Origin: Eledone cirrhosa
Taxonomy: Eukaryota
Assembly (NCBI GenBank): GCA_964016885.1
Contig: OZ024740.1
Coordinates: forward strand, 9,114,001-9,178,000
DNA: 64,000 nt
Direction of reading: 5' to 3'
Shown here in pieces: positions 39,810 through 53,700 of this stretch; the stretch's first letter is position 1, and the number at the start of each line of letters is the position of its first letter. The position numbers and the translations under genes are program-made. Under the pieces are notes generated by a model. It saw nothing but the letters and a program-made list of their open reading frames with translations. It was not told where the DNA came from and did no database searches.

Positions 39810-42800
39810 GTCAGTTTCATTGGTATGTCAGTTTCGATTGGTATATCAGTTTCGGTTGGTATGTCAGTTTCGATTGATATATCAGATTCGATTAGTATGT
39901 CAGTTTCTATTGGTATGTCAGTTTTATACGTATGTCAGTTTCGATTTTTATATCGGTTTCGGTTAGTATGTCAGTTTCGATTGGTATGTCAGTTTCTAAT
40001 GGTATATCAGTTTCGATTGGTATGTTAGTTTCTATTGGTATGTCACTTTCGATTAGTATATTAGTTTCTATAGGTATATCATTTTCTATTGGTATGTCAC
40101 TTTCGATTGGTATGTCAGTTTCTATTGGTATATCAGATATGATTTGTATGTCAGTTTGGTATGTCAGTTTTGATTGGTATGTCACTTTCGATTGATATAT
40201 CAGTTTCGATTAGTATGTCAGTTTCTATTGATATGTCAGTTACGATTAGTATATCAGTTTCTATTGGTATGTCAGTTTCTATTGGTATATCAGTTTTGAT
40301 TGGTATATCAGTTTCTATTGGTATGTCAGTTTCTATTGGTATGTCAGTTTCAATTGATATATCAGTTTTAATTGGTATGTTAATTTCGATTGGTATGTCA
40401 GTTTCGATTGGTCTATCAGTTTCGATTTGTATGTCAGTTTCGATTGGTATATCAGTTTCGATTTATATGTCAGTTTCGATTGGTATGTCAGTTCCTATTG
40501 CTATATCAATTTCGATTGGTATATCAGTTTCGATTTATATGTCAGTTTCGATTGGTATGTCAGTTCCTATTGCTATATCAATTTCGATTGGTATATCAGT
40601 TTCTATTGATATATCAGTTTCGATCGGTATGTCAGTTTCATTGGTATGTCAGTTTCGGTTGGTATATCAGTTTCTGTTGGTATGTCAGTTTCGATTGTTA
40701 TATCAGTTTCTATTGGTATATCAGTTTCGAATAGTATGTCAGTGTCTATTGGTATGTCAGTTTTGATTAGTATATCAGTTTCTATTGGTATGTCCGTTTC
40801 GATTGGTATGTTAGTCCTCGATTTGTTTGTAGGTTTCTATTGGCATATCAGTTTCGATTGGTATTTCAGTTTCGATTAGTAAATCAGTTTCTATTTGTTT
40901 GTCAGTTTCTATTGGTATATCAGTTTCGATTGGTATATCAGTTTCGATTGATATATCAGTTTCGATTAGTATGTAAGTTTCTATTGGTGTGTCAGTTTCG
41001 ATTAGTATATCAGTTTCTATTATAATGTCAGTTTCTATTGGTATATCAGTTTCGATTGGTATGTTAGTCCTCGATTAGTATGTCAGTTTCTATTGGTATA
41101 TCAATATCGATTGGTATGTCAGTTTCTGTTGGTATGTCAGTTTCTATTGGTATATCAGTTTCGATTGGTATATCAGTTTCTATTGGTATATCAGTTTTGA
41201 TTGGTATGTCTGTTTCTATTATAATGTCAGTTTCTATTGGTATGTCAGTTTCAATTGGTATATCAGTTTCGATTGGTATGTCAGTTTTATTAGTATGTCA
41301 GTTACGATTGGTATATCAGTTTCTGTTGGTATGTAAATTTCGATTGGTATGTCAGTTTCTATTGGTATATCAGTTTATATTGGTATGTCAGTTTTGACTA
41401 GTATATCAGTCTCTATTGGAATGTCAGTTTCGATTGGTATGTCTATTTGGATTGGTATATCAGTTTCTATTTGTATGTCAGTCTCGATTGGTATTTCGAT
41501 TTCGATTGGCATAGTAGTTTCGATTCGTATTTCAGTTACGATTGGTATATCAGTTTCCATTGGTATATCAGTTTCGATTGGTATGTCAGTTTCTATTGGT
41601 ATATCAGTTTCTATTTGTATGTGAGTTTCTATTGGTATATCAGTTTCGATTGGTATGTCAGTTTCGATTATTATGTCAATTTCGATTGGTATGTCAGTTT
41701 CGATTGGTATATCAGTTTTGATTTGTATGTCAATTACGATTGGTATATCAGTTTCGATTTATATGTCAGTTTCGATTGGTATGTCAGTTTCTATTGGTAT
41801 ATCAGTTTCTATTGGTATGTCAGTTTCTATTGCTATATCAGTTTTGAATGGTATGTCAGTTTTGATTAGTATATCAGTTTCTATTTGTATGTCAGTTTCG
41901 ATTGGTATGTTAGTCCTCGATTTGTTTGTCAGTTTCTATTGGCATATCTGTTTCGATTGGTATTTCAGTTTCGATTAGTAATTATGTTTCTATTTGTTTG
42001 TCAGTTTCTATTGGCATATCAGTTTTGATTGGTATATCAGTTTCGATTGGTATGTCAATTTCGATTTGTATGTCAGTTTCGACTTGTATGTCAGTTTCGA
42101 GTGGTATATCAGTTTCGAATGGTATGTCAGTTTTGATTGGTATGTCAGTTTGGATGGTATGTCAGTTTCTATTGGTATATCGGTTTCCATTGGTATATCA
42201 ATTTCGGTTGGTATGTCAGTTTCAATGGGTATATCAGTTTCTATTGGTATGTCAGTTTCGATTGGTATGTCAGTTTCTATTGGTATATCAGTTTCGATTG
42301 TTATATCAGTTTCGATTAGCATGTTAGTTTCGATTAGTATATCAGATTCTATTTGTATGACAATTTCCGATTGGTATGTCAGTCTCTATTGGTATATCAG
42401 TTTCTATTGGTATATCAGTTCCGATCGATATATCAGTTTCGATTAGTATGTCAGTTTCTATTGATGTGTCAGTTTCGATTAGTATATCAGCTTCTGTTTG
42501 TATGTCAGTTTCGATTGGAACGTCAGTTTCTATTGGTATATCAGTTTCGATTGGTATATCAGTTTCGATTGGTATATCAGTTTCGATTGGTATGTCAATT
42601 TCTATTTTTATGTCAGTTTCTATTCGTATATCAGTTTCAATTGGTATCTCAGTTTCTATTGGTATGTCAGTTTTATTAGTATGTCAGTTTCGATTGGTAT
42701 ATCAGTTTCTGTTGGTATGTCAATTTCGATTAGTACGTTAGTTTCTATTGGTATATCAGTTTCGATTGGTATGTCAGTTTCTATTGTTATGTCAGTTACG

Positions 42801-43706
42801 ATTAGTATATCAGTTACTATTGGTTTGTCAGTTTCGATTGGTATGTCAGTTTCGATTGGTATGTCAGTTTCTATTGGTATATCAGTATTGATTGGTATGT
42901 CAGTTTCGATTAGTATATCAGTTTCTATTGGTATGTCAGTTTCGATTGGTATATCAGTTTCTATTGGTATGTCAGTTCCTATTGGTATATCGGTTTCCAT
43001 TGGTATATCAGTTTCGATTGGTATGTCAGTTTCTATTGGTATATCAGTTTCTATTGGTATGTCAGTTTTGATTGGTATGTCAGTTTCTATTGGTATATCA
43101 GTTTCGATTGGTATGTCAGTTTCTATTGGTATGTCAGTTTTGATTATTATATCAGCTTCGATTGGTATATCAGTTTCAAATGGTATGTCAGTCTCGATTG
43201 GTATGTCCGTTTCGACTGGCATAACAGTTTCGATCCGTATGTCAGTTTCTATTAGTATATCAGTTTCTGTTGGTATATCATTTTCGATTGGTATGTTAGT
43301 TTCTAATGGTATTTAATTTATATTTGTATGTCAGTTTCGATTGGTATGTCAGTTTCTATTGGTATATCAGTTTTGATTGGTATGTTAGTTTCTATTGGTA
43401 TGTCATTTTCGATTAGTATATCAGTGTCTATTGGTATATCAGTTTTGATTGGTATGTTAGTCCTCGATATGTATGTCAGTTTCTATTGGTATGTCAATTT
43501 CGATTGGTATGTCAGTTTCTATTGGTATATCAGTTTCGATTGGTTTGTCAGTTCCTATTGGTATGTCAGTTTTGACTAGTATATCAGTCTCTCATGGTAT
43601 GTCAGTTTCGATTGGTATGTCCGTTTCAATTGGCATAGTAGTTTCGATTCTTATGTCAGTTTCTATTGGTATATCAGTTTACATTGGTATAACAGTTTCG
43701 ATTGGT
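39810..43706 (+). repeat. 18-bp satellite block
   Basis: Direct reading. Confidence 0.97.
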
Positions 43707-44751
43707 ATCATCATCATCATCATCAACGTTTAACGTCCGTGTTGCACGCTTGCATGGGTTTGGACGGGGGTATTCCCACTTGAGGCAAGAGTGATTGTCT
43801 TGCTCGCATAGGACTGTCTGGCAAGTTTTCTACAGCTGGATGCCCTTCCTAACACCAACCACATTTACAGTGTGGGTCTGGGAGGTTTTTACCGTGTTGC
43901 CTACACGGCCACATTACAGCGTGGACTGTGTGTTTTTTGTCGTGACACCTACACGATCTCATTTGTTTCGGCCTGGATGGTGTGGCACCAACACAACTTT
44001 ACATAGAAGGGGGCGGTATGGATGGGGTGGGGGTGGTGGGGCGGGGGTGTATTTTGTTAGAGATGCCTACTGACTGTAGTAGGTTTTACTATGTATTTAG
44101 GTAAGGCGGGTCTTCTCTATTACTGAGTACCGCCAAAGGTCTCGGTCCAGTGACATTGTCTTGGAGAGGTGTAAGTGTGTGAGGTAGGAGTTTATCAGCT
44201 CGTCCCAGGTTTTTCTAGGTCTGCCTATTCCCTGGCTACCGTCTATCTTTATTGCCCTGCACTTTGTTATACAGCTATCGACTTTCATGCGCATCACGTG
44301 TCCATACCAATGTAGCCTTCTCTCGAGTAAACAACATCTGATCACTCTTATTTGTAATTTTTTCCTTAGTTCGTTTATGCGTTGCCATTCACGTATATTA
44401 CTATTACACATCCAGCAGAGCATGCAAGCTTCGTTCCTCTCTAGTCTGCGTATATCCTCTGCACACAATGCCCAGGTCTCACTGCCATGCAACATTGTTG
44501 TTTGTATGCAGGCATCATACAACCTGCCTTTCATTTTTAGGGAGAACACTTTAGCAGCTAATAGTGGTATAAGCTCACTGAACTTTTTCCATCCAGTTCT
44601 GACTCTAGCTACTGTACTTTCTGAGCACCCTCCACCACTGCTGATTTTGTCACCCAGGTAATGGAAGCTGTCCACTATTTCTATAGAGCCCTCTGCGCAA
44701 TTGTAAGAGCTAGTATTTTTTGTGGGCACTTGCAGCTACTTATTGCACCAG
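43707..44751 (-). mobile_element. E10: 5'-truncated copy in reverse orientation, single-unit 3' UTR, (GAT)6
   Basis: (ATC)6 at 43707-43724; minus-strand ORF fragment ...SFHYLG...EKTRLT ending 44097; 5' junction TATTGCACCAG|TATGTTAG; A-run expanded by 2 nt near 44716-44721. Confidence 0.92.
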
Positions 44752-47700
44752 TATGTTAGTTTCTATTGGTATGTCAGTTTCGATTAGTATATCAGTTTCT
44801 ATTGGTATGTCAGTTTCGATTGGTATGTCAGTTTCGATTGTTATGTCAGTTTCTATTGGTATATCAGTTTCGATTGGTATGTCAGTTTTGATTGGCATGT
44901 CAGTTTCGATTGGTATGTCAGTTTCGATTGGTATATCAGTTTCTATTGTTATGTCACTTTCGATTGGTATGTCAGTTTCTATTGGTATGTTAGTTTCTAT
45001 TGGTATGTCAGTTTCGATTAGTATATCAGATTCTATTGTTATGTCACTTTCGATTGGTATGTCAGTTTCGAATGGTATGTCAGTTTCTATTGGTATATCA
45101 GTTTCTATTGGTATGTCGGTTTTGATTGGTATGTCAGTTTCTATTGGTATATCAGTTTCCGTTGGTATATCAGTTTCTATTGGTATATCAGTTCCGATTG
45201 GTATATCAGTTTCGATTGGTATGTCAGTTTCTATGATTATATCAGTTTCTATTGGTATGTCAATTTCGATTTATATATCAGTTACGATTAGTATATCAGT
45301 TTCTATTGGTATGTCAGTTTCGATTGGTATGTCAGTTTCTATTGGTATATCAGTTTAGATTGGTATATCAGTTACTATTAGTATATCAGTTTCTGTGGGT
45401 ATATCATTTTCGATTGGTATGTTAGTTTCTAATGGTATTTATTTTATATTTGTATGTCAGTTTCGATTGGTATGTCAGTTTCTATTGGTATATCAGTTTT
45501 GATTGGTATGTTAGTTTCTATTGGTATGTCAGTTTCGATTAGTATATCAATTTCTATTGGTATATCAGTTTCGATTGGTATGTTAGTCCTTGATTTGTAT
45601 GTCAGTTTCTATTGGTATATCAATTTCGATTGGTATGTCAGTTTCTGTTGGTATGTCAATTTCGATTGGTATGTCAGTTTCTATTGGTATATCAGTCTCG
45701 ATTGGTTTGTCAGTTCCTGTTGGTATGTCAGTTTTGACTAGTATATCAGTCTCTATTGGTATGTCAGTTTCGATTTGTATGTCTATTTCGATTGGTATAT
45801 CAGTTTCTATTTGTATGTCAGTCTCGATTGGTATGTCCGTTTCGATTGGCATATCAGTTTCGAATGGTATGTCATTTTTTTTATTGGTTTGTCAGTTTGG
45901 ATTGGTATGTCAGTGTCTATTGGTATGTCAGTTTCTATTGGTATATCAATTTCTATTGATATATCAGTTTCGATTAGCATGTCAGTTTCGATTAGTATAT
46001 CAGTTTCTATTTGTATGTCAATGTCCGATTGGTATGTCAGTTTCTATTGTTATATCAGTTTCTATTGGTATATCAGTTTCGATTGGTATGTCAGTTTCGA
46101 TTAGTAAATCAGTTTCTGTTTGTATGTCAGTTTCTATTGGTATATCAGTTTCGATTGTAATATCAGTTTCGATTGGTATGTCAGTTTTGGTTGGTATGTC
46201 AGTTTCGATTGGTATGTCAGTTTCGATTGGTATATCAGTTTCTATTGGTATATCAGTTCCGATTGATATATCAGTTTCGATTAGTATATCAGTTTCTATT
46301 TGTATGTCAATTTCCAATTGGTATGTCAGTTTCTATTGTTATATCAGTTTCTATTGGTATATCAGTTTCGACTGGTATATCAGTTTCGATTGGTATATCA
46401 GTTTCGATTGGTATGTCAGCATTCTATTATTATGTCAGTTTCTATTGGTATATCAGTTTCAATTGGTATCTCAGTTTCTGTTGCTGTGTAAGTTTTATTG
46501 GTATGTCAGTTTCGATTGGTATATCAGTTTCTGTTGGTATGTCAATTTCGATTGGTATGTCATTTTCTGTTGGTATGTCCATTTCGATTGGTATGTCAGT
46601 TTCTATTGGTATATCAGTTTCGATTGGTTTGTCAGTTCCTGTTGGTATGTCAGTTTTGACTAGTATATCAGTCTCTATTGGTATGTCAGTTTCGATTGGT
46701 ATATCAGTTTCTATTTGTATCTCAGTCTCGATTGGTATGTCCGTTTCGATTGGCATATCAGTTTCGAATGGTATGTCATTTTTTTATTGGTAATGTCAGT
46801 TTGGATTGGTATGTCAGTTTCTATTGGTATGTCAGTTTCTATTGGTATATCAGTTCCGATTGATATATCAGTTTCGATTAGTATGTCAGTTTCTATTGGT
46901 ATATCAGTTTCGATTGGTATGTCAGTTTCGATTAGTAAATCAGTTTCTATTTGTATGTCAGTTTCTATTGGTATATCAGTTTCGATTGGTATATCAGTTC
47001 CGATTGATATATCAGTTTCGATTAGTATGTCAGTTTCTATTGATGTGTCAGTATTGATTAGTATATCAGCTTCTATTTGTATGTCAGTTTCTATTGGTAT
47101 ATCAGTTTCTATTGGTATATCAGTTTCGATTGGTATGTCAGTTTCGATTAGTAAATCTGTTTCTATTTGTATGTCAGTTTCTATTGGTATATCAGTTTCG
47201 ATTGGTATATCAGTTTCGATTGGTATGTCAGTTTTGGTTGGTATGTCAGTTTCGATTGGTATGTCAGTTTCGATTGGTATATCAGTTTCTATTGGTATAT
47301 CAGTTCCGATTGATATATCAGTTTCGATTAGTATGTCAGTTTCTATTGATGTGTCAGTATTGATTAGTATATCCGCTTATATTTGTATGTCAGTTTCGAT
47401 TGGTATGTCAGTTTCTATTGGTATATCAGTTTCGACTGGTATATCAGTTTCGATTGGTAAATCAGTTTCGATTGGTATGTCAGCTTTCTATTATTATGTC
47501 AGTTTCTATTGGTATATCAGTTTCGATTGGTATGTCAGTTTCTATTGGTATATCAGTTTCGATTGGTATGTCAGTTTTAATTGTCATGTCAGTATCGATT
47601 GGTATGTCAGTTTCGTTTGGTATGTCAGTTTCGATTGGTATATCAGTTTTGACTAGCATGTCACCTTCTATTGGTATATCGGTTTCCATTGGTATATCAG

Positions 47701-50700
47701 TTTCGATTGGCATGTCAGTTTCTATTGGTATATGAGTTTCTATTGCTATGTCAGTTTTTATTGGTATGTCAGTTTCTATTGGTATATAAGTTTCGATTGG
47801 TATATCAGTTTCTATTGGTATATCAGTTCCGATTGGTATATCAGTTTCGATTGGTATGTCAGTTTCTATTATTATATCAGTTTCTATTGGTATGTCAGTT
47901 TCTATTGATATGTCAGTTACGATTAGTATATCAGTTTCTATTGGTATGTCAGTTTCGATTGGTATGTCAGTTTCTATTGATATATCAGTTTTAATTGGTA
48001 TATCAGTTTCGATTGGTATGTCAGTTTCTATTAGTATATCAGTTTCTAATGGTATGTGAGTTTCTATTGGTATATCAGTTTCGATTGGTATATCAGTTTC
48101 GATTGGTATGTCAGTTTCGATTGTTATGTCAAATTCGATTGGTATGTCAGTTTCGATTGGTATATCAGTTTCGATTTGTATGTCAGTTTCGATTGGTATA
48201 TCAGTTTCTATTGGTATGTCAGTTTCAATTAGTATATCAGTTTCTATTGGTATATGAGTTTCGATTGGTATGTTAGTCCTCGATTTGTATGTCAGTTTCT
48301 ATTGGTATGTCAATTCCGATTGGTATGTCAGTTTCTGTTGGTATGTGATTAGTATATCAGTTTCTATTGGTATGTCAGTTTCGATTGGTATGTCTGTTAT
48401 GATTGGTATGTCAGTTTCGATTAGTATATCAGTTTCTGTTGGTATATCCGTTTCGATTGGTACGTCAGTTTCGATTAGTATATCAGTTTCTGTTGGTATA
48501 TCATTTTCGAATGGTATGTTAGTTTCTAATGGTATGTCAGTTTATATTTTTATGTCAGTTTCGATTGCTATGTCAGTTTCTATTGGTATGTCATTTTTGA
48601 TTAGTATATCAGTTTCTATTGGTATATCAGTTTCGATTGGTAAGTTAGTCCTCGATTGGTATATCAGTTTCGATTGGTATATCTGTTTTGATTGGTATGT
48701 TAGTTTCTATTGGTATATCAGTTTCGATTAGTATATCAGTTTCTATTGGTATATCAGTTTCGATTGGTATGTTAGTCCTCGATTTGTATGTTAGTTTCTA
48801 TTGTTATATCAATTTCGATTGGTATGTCAGTTTCTGTTGGTATGTCAATTTCGATTGGTATGTCAGTTTCTATTGGTATATCAGTTTCGATTGGTATGTC
48901 AATTTCTATTGGTGTGTAAGTTTAGATTAGTATATCAGTTTCTCTTTGTATGTCAATTTTCGATTAATATGTCAGTTTCTCTTGGTATATCAGTTTCTAT
49001 TGATATATCAGTTTCGATTGGTATGTCAGTTTCGTTTGGTATGTCAGTTTTGGTTGGTATCTCAGTTTTGATAGGTATGTCAGTTTCGATTGGTATATCA
49101 GTTTCGATTGGTATGTCAGTTTTGGTTGGTATGTCAGTTTCGATTGGTATATCAGTTTCAATTGGTATATCAGTTTCTATTGGTATGTCAGTTTTATTGG
49201 TATGTCAGTTTCGATTGGTATATCAGTTTCTGTTGGTATTTCAATTTCGATTAGTATGTCAGTTTCGATTGGTGTATCTACTTCGATTGGTATATCAGTT
49301 TCTGTTTGTATGTCAGTCTCGATTGGTATATCATTTTTGATTGGTATATCAGGTTCTATTGGTATATCAGTTCCGATTGTTATATCAGTTTCGATTGGTA
49401 TGTCAGTATCTATTGGTATATCAGTTTCGATTGATATATCAGTTTTGATTAGTATGTTAGTTTCTATTGGTATGTCAGTTTCGATTAGTATATCAGTTTC
49501 TATTTGTATGTCAGTTTCGAATGGTATATCAGTTTCGATTGGTATATCAGTTTCGATTGGTATATCAGTTTCAATTGGTATGTCAGTTTCTATTGGTATG
49601 TCAGTTTCTATTGGTATGTCAGTTTCAATTGGTATATCAGTTTCAATTGGTATGTCAGTTTCGATTAGTAAATCAGTTTCTATTTGTATGTCAGTTTCTA
49701 TTGGTATATCAGTTTCTATTTGTATGTCAGTTCTGGTTGGTATGTCAGTTTTGATTGGTATGTCAGTTTCGATTGGTATATCAGTTTCGATTGGTATGTC
49801 AGTTTCGGTTGGTATGTCAGTTTCGATTAGTATATCAGTTTCTATTGGTATATCAGTTTCGATTGGTATGTTAGTCTTCGATTTGTATGTCAGTTTCTAT
49901 TGGTATATCAATTTCGATTGGTATGTCAGTTTCTGTTGGTATGTGATTAGTACATCAGTTGCTATTGGTATGTCAGTTTCGATTGGTATGTCTGTTTCGA
50001 TTGGTATATCAGTTTCAAATGGTATGTCAGTCTCGATTGGTATGTCCGTTTCGATTGGTTTGTCAGTTTCGATTAGTATATCAGTTTCTGTTGGTATATC
50101 CGTTTCGATTGGTACATCAGTTTCGATTAGTATATCAGTTTCTGTTGGTATATCAGTTTCGATTCGTATGTCAGTCTCTATTAGTATATCAGTTTATGTT
50201 GGTATATCAATTTCGATTGGTATATTAGTTTCGATTAGTATGTCAGTTTCGATTCATATGTCAGTTTCTATTGGTATGCCAGTTTCGATTAGTATATCAG
50301 TTTCTATTGGTATATAAGTTTTGATTGGTAAGTTAGTCCTCGATTCGTATATCAGTTTCGATTGGTATATCACTTTTGATTGGTATGTTAGTTTCTATTG
50401 GTATGTCAGTTTCGATTAGTATATCAGTTTCTATTGGTATATCAGTTTCTATTGGTATGTCAGTTTCTATTGGTATATCAATTTCGATTGGTATATTAGT
50501 TTCGATTAGTATGTCAGTTTCGATTCATATGTCAGTTTCTATTGGTATGCCAGTTTCGATTAGTATATCAGTTTCTATTGGTATATAAGTTTTGATTGGT
50601 AAGTTAGTCCTCGATTCGTATATCAGTTTCGATTGGTATATCACTTTTGATTGGTATGTTAGTTTCTATTGGTATGTCAGTTTCGATTAGTATATCAGTT

Positions 50701-53700
50701 TCTATTGGTATATCAGTTTCGATTGATATGTTAGTCCTCGATTTGTATGTCAGTTTCTATTGGTATATCAGTTTCGATTGGTATGTCAATTTCGATTTGT
50801 ATGTCAGTTTCGATTTGTATATCAGTTTCGATTGGTATGTCAGTTTCGATTGGTATGTCGGTTTCGATTGGTATGTCAGTTTCTATTGGTATATCCGTTT
50901 CGATTCATATATCGGTTTCGATTACTATATCAGTTTATATTGATGTGTAAGTTTCGATTAGTATATCAGCTTCTATTTGTATGTCAGTTTCGATTCGTAT
51001 GTCAGTTTCGATTCGTATGTCAGTTTCTATTATTATGTCAGTTTGTATTGGTATATCAGTTTCAATTGGTATATCAGTTTCTATTGGCATGTCAGTTTTA
51101 TTGGTATGTCACTTTCGATTGGTATATCAGTTTCTGTTGGTATGTCAATTTCGATTAGTATGTCAGTTTCTATTGGTATATCAGTTTCGATTGGTATCTC
51201 AGTTTCTATTGGTATGTCAGTTTTGACTACTATATCAGTCTCTATTGGTATGTCAGTTTCGATTGATATGTCTATTTCATTGGTATATCAGTTTCTATTT
51301 GTATGTCAGTCTCGATTGTTATATCAGTTTTGATTGGTATATCAGTTTCTATTGGTATATCAGTTTCGATTGGTATATCAGTTTCGATTTGTATGTCAGT
51401 TTCTATTGGTCTGTCAGTTTCTATTGGTATGTCAGTTTCAACTGGTATATCAGTTTCAATTGGTATGTCAGTTTCGATTAGTAAATCAGTTTCTATTTGT
51501 ATGTCAGTTTCTATTGGTATATCAGTTTCGATTGGTATATCAGTTTCGATTGGTATGTCAGTTTTGGTTGGTATGTCAGTTTCGATTGGTATGTCAGTTT
51601 CTATTGGTATGTCAGTTACGATTAGTATATCAGTTACTATTGGTATGTCAGTTTCGATTGGTATGTCAGTTTCGATTGGAATGTAAGTTTCTATTGGTAT
51701 ATCAGTTTTAATTGGTATGTCAATTTCGATTAGTATATCAGTTTCTGTTGGTATACCATTTTTGATTGGTACGTTAGTTTCTAATGGTATGTCAGTACAT
51801 ATTTGTATATCAGTTTCGATTTGTATGTCAGTTTCCATTGGTATGTCAGTCTCGATTGTTATATCAGTTTTGATTGGTATATCAGTTTCTATTGGTATAT
51901 CAGTTCCGATTGTTATATTAGTTTCGATTGGTATGTCAGTTTCTACTGGTATATCAGTTTCGATTGATATATCAGTTTCGATTAGTATATCAGTTTCGAT
52001 TTCTATGTCAGTTTCTATTGGTCTGTCAGTTTCTATTGGTATGTCAGTTTCAACTGGTATATCAGTTTCAATTGGTATGTCAGTTTCGATTAGTAAATCA
52101 GTTTCTATTTGTATGTCAGTTTCTATTGGTATATCAGTTTCGATTGGTATATCAGTTTCGATTGGTATGTCAGTTTTGGTTGGTATGTCAGTTTCGATTG
52201 GTATGTCAGTTTCTATTGGTATGTCAGTTACGATTAGTATATCAGTTACTATTGGTATGTCAGTTTCGATTGGTATGTCAGTTTCGATTGGTATGTCATT
52301 TTCTATTGGTATATCAGTTTCAATTGGTATGTCAGTTTCGATTAGTATATCAGTTTCTATTCGTATGTCAGTTTATATTGGTATATCAGTTTCTATTGGT
52401 ATGTCAGTTTATATTGGTATGTCAGTTTTGATTAGTATATCAGTTTCTTTTGGTATGTTAGTTTCGATTATTATGTCTGTTTCGATTGGTATATCAGTTT
52501 CAAATGGTATGTCAGTCTCGATTGGTATATCCGTTTTGACTGGCATATCAGTTTCGATTCGTAGGTCAGTTTCTATTAGTATATCAGTTTCTGTTGGTAT
52601 ATCATTTTCTATTGGTATGTTAGTTTCTAATGGTATGTCAGTTTATATTTGTATGTCAGTTTCGATTGGTATGTTAGTTTCTAATGGTATGTCAGTTTCT
52701 ATTGGTATGTCAGTTTTGATTGGTATGTCAGTTCCTATTGGTATGTCAGTTTTGACTAGTATATCATTGGTATGTCGATTGGTATGTCTATTTCGATTGG
52801 TATGTCAGTTTCTATTTGTATGTCAGTCTCGATTGGTATGTCCGTTTTAATTGGCATGTCAGTTTCGATTCGTATGTCCGTTTCGATTGGTATGTTAGTT
52901 TCTAATGGTATGTCAGTTTCTATTGGCATATCAGTTTCTGTTGGTATACAATTTTCGATTGGTATGTTAGTTTCTAATGGTATGTCAGTATATGTCAGTA
53001 TATACAATTTTCGATTGGTATGTTAGTTTCTAATGGTATGTCAGTATATGTCAGTATATATTTGTATGTCAGTTTCGATTGGTATGTCAGTTTCCATTGG
53101 TATGTCAGTTTCTATTGGTATGTCAGTTTATATTGGTATATCAGTTTTGATTCATATATCGGTTTCGATTAGTATATCAGTTTCTATTGATGTGTCAGTT
53201 TCGATTAGTATATCAGCTTCTATTTGTATGTCAGTTTCGATTGGTATATCAGTTTCGAATGGTATATCAGTTTCGATTCGTATGTCAGTTTCTATTATTA
53301 TGTCAGTTTGTATTGGTATATCAGTTTCAATTCGTATATCAGTTTCTATTGGTATGTCAGTTTTATTGCTATGTCAGTTTCCATTGGTATATCAGTTTCT
53401 GTTGGTATGTCAATTAAGATTAGTATGTCAGTTTCTATTGGTATATCAGTTTCGATTGGTACGTCTGTTTCCATTGGTATGTCAGTTTTGACTAGTATAT
53501 CAGTCTCTATTGGTATGTCAGTTTCGATTGGTATGTCTATTTCGATTGGTATATCAGTTTCTATATGTATGTCAGTCTCGATTGGTACATCAGTTTTGAT
53601 TGGTATATCAGTTTCTATTGGTATATCAGTTCCGATTGGTATATCAGTTTCTATTGGTATGTCAGTTTCTATTTTGTATATCAGTTTCGATTGATATATC

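Larger units (their letters stand above)
33473..41287 (+). repeat. 3895-bp tandem segmental duplication (satellite + E6 + E7, repeated as E8 + E9)
   Basis: Identical ORF-track pairs at offset 3895 (33524/37419, 35060/38955, 35807/39702, 36945/40840). Confidence 0.93.
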
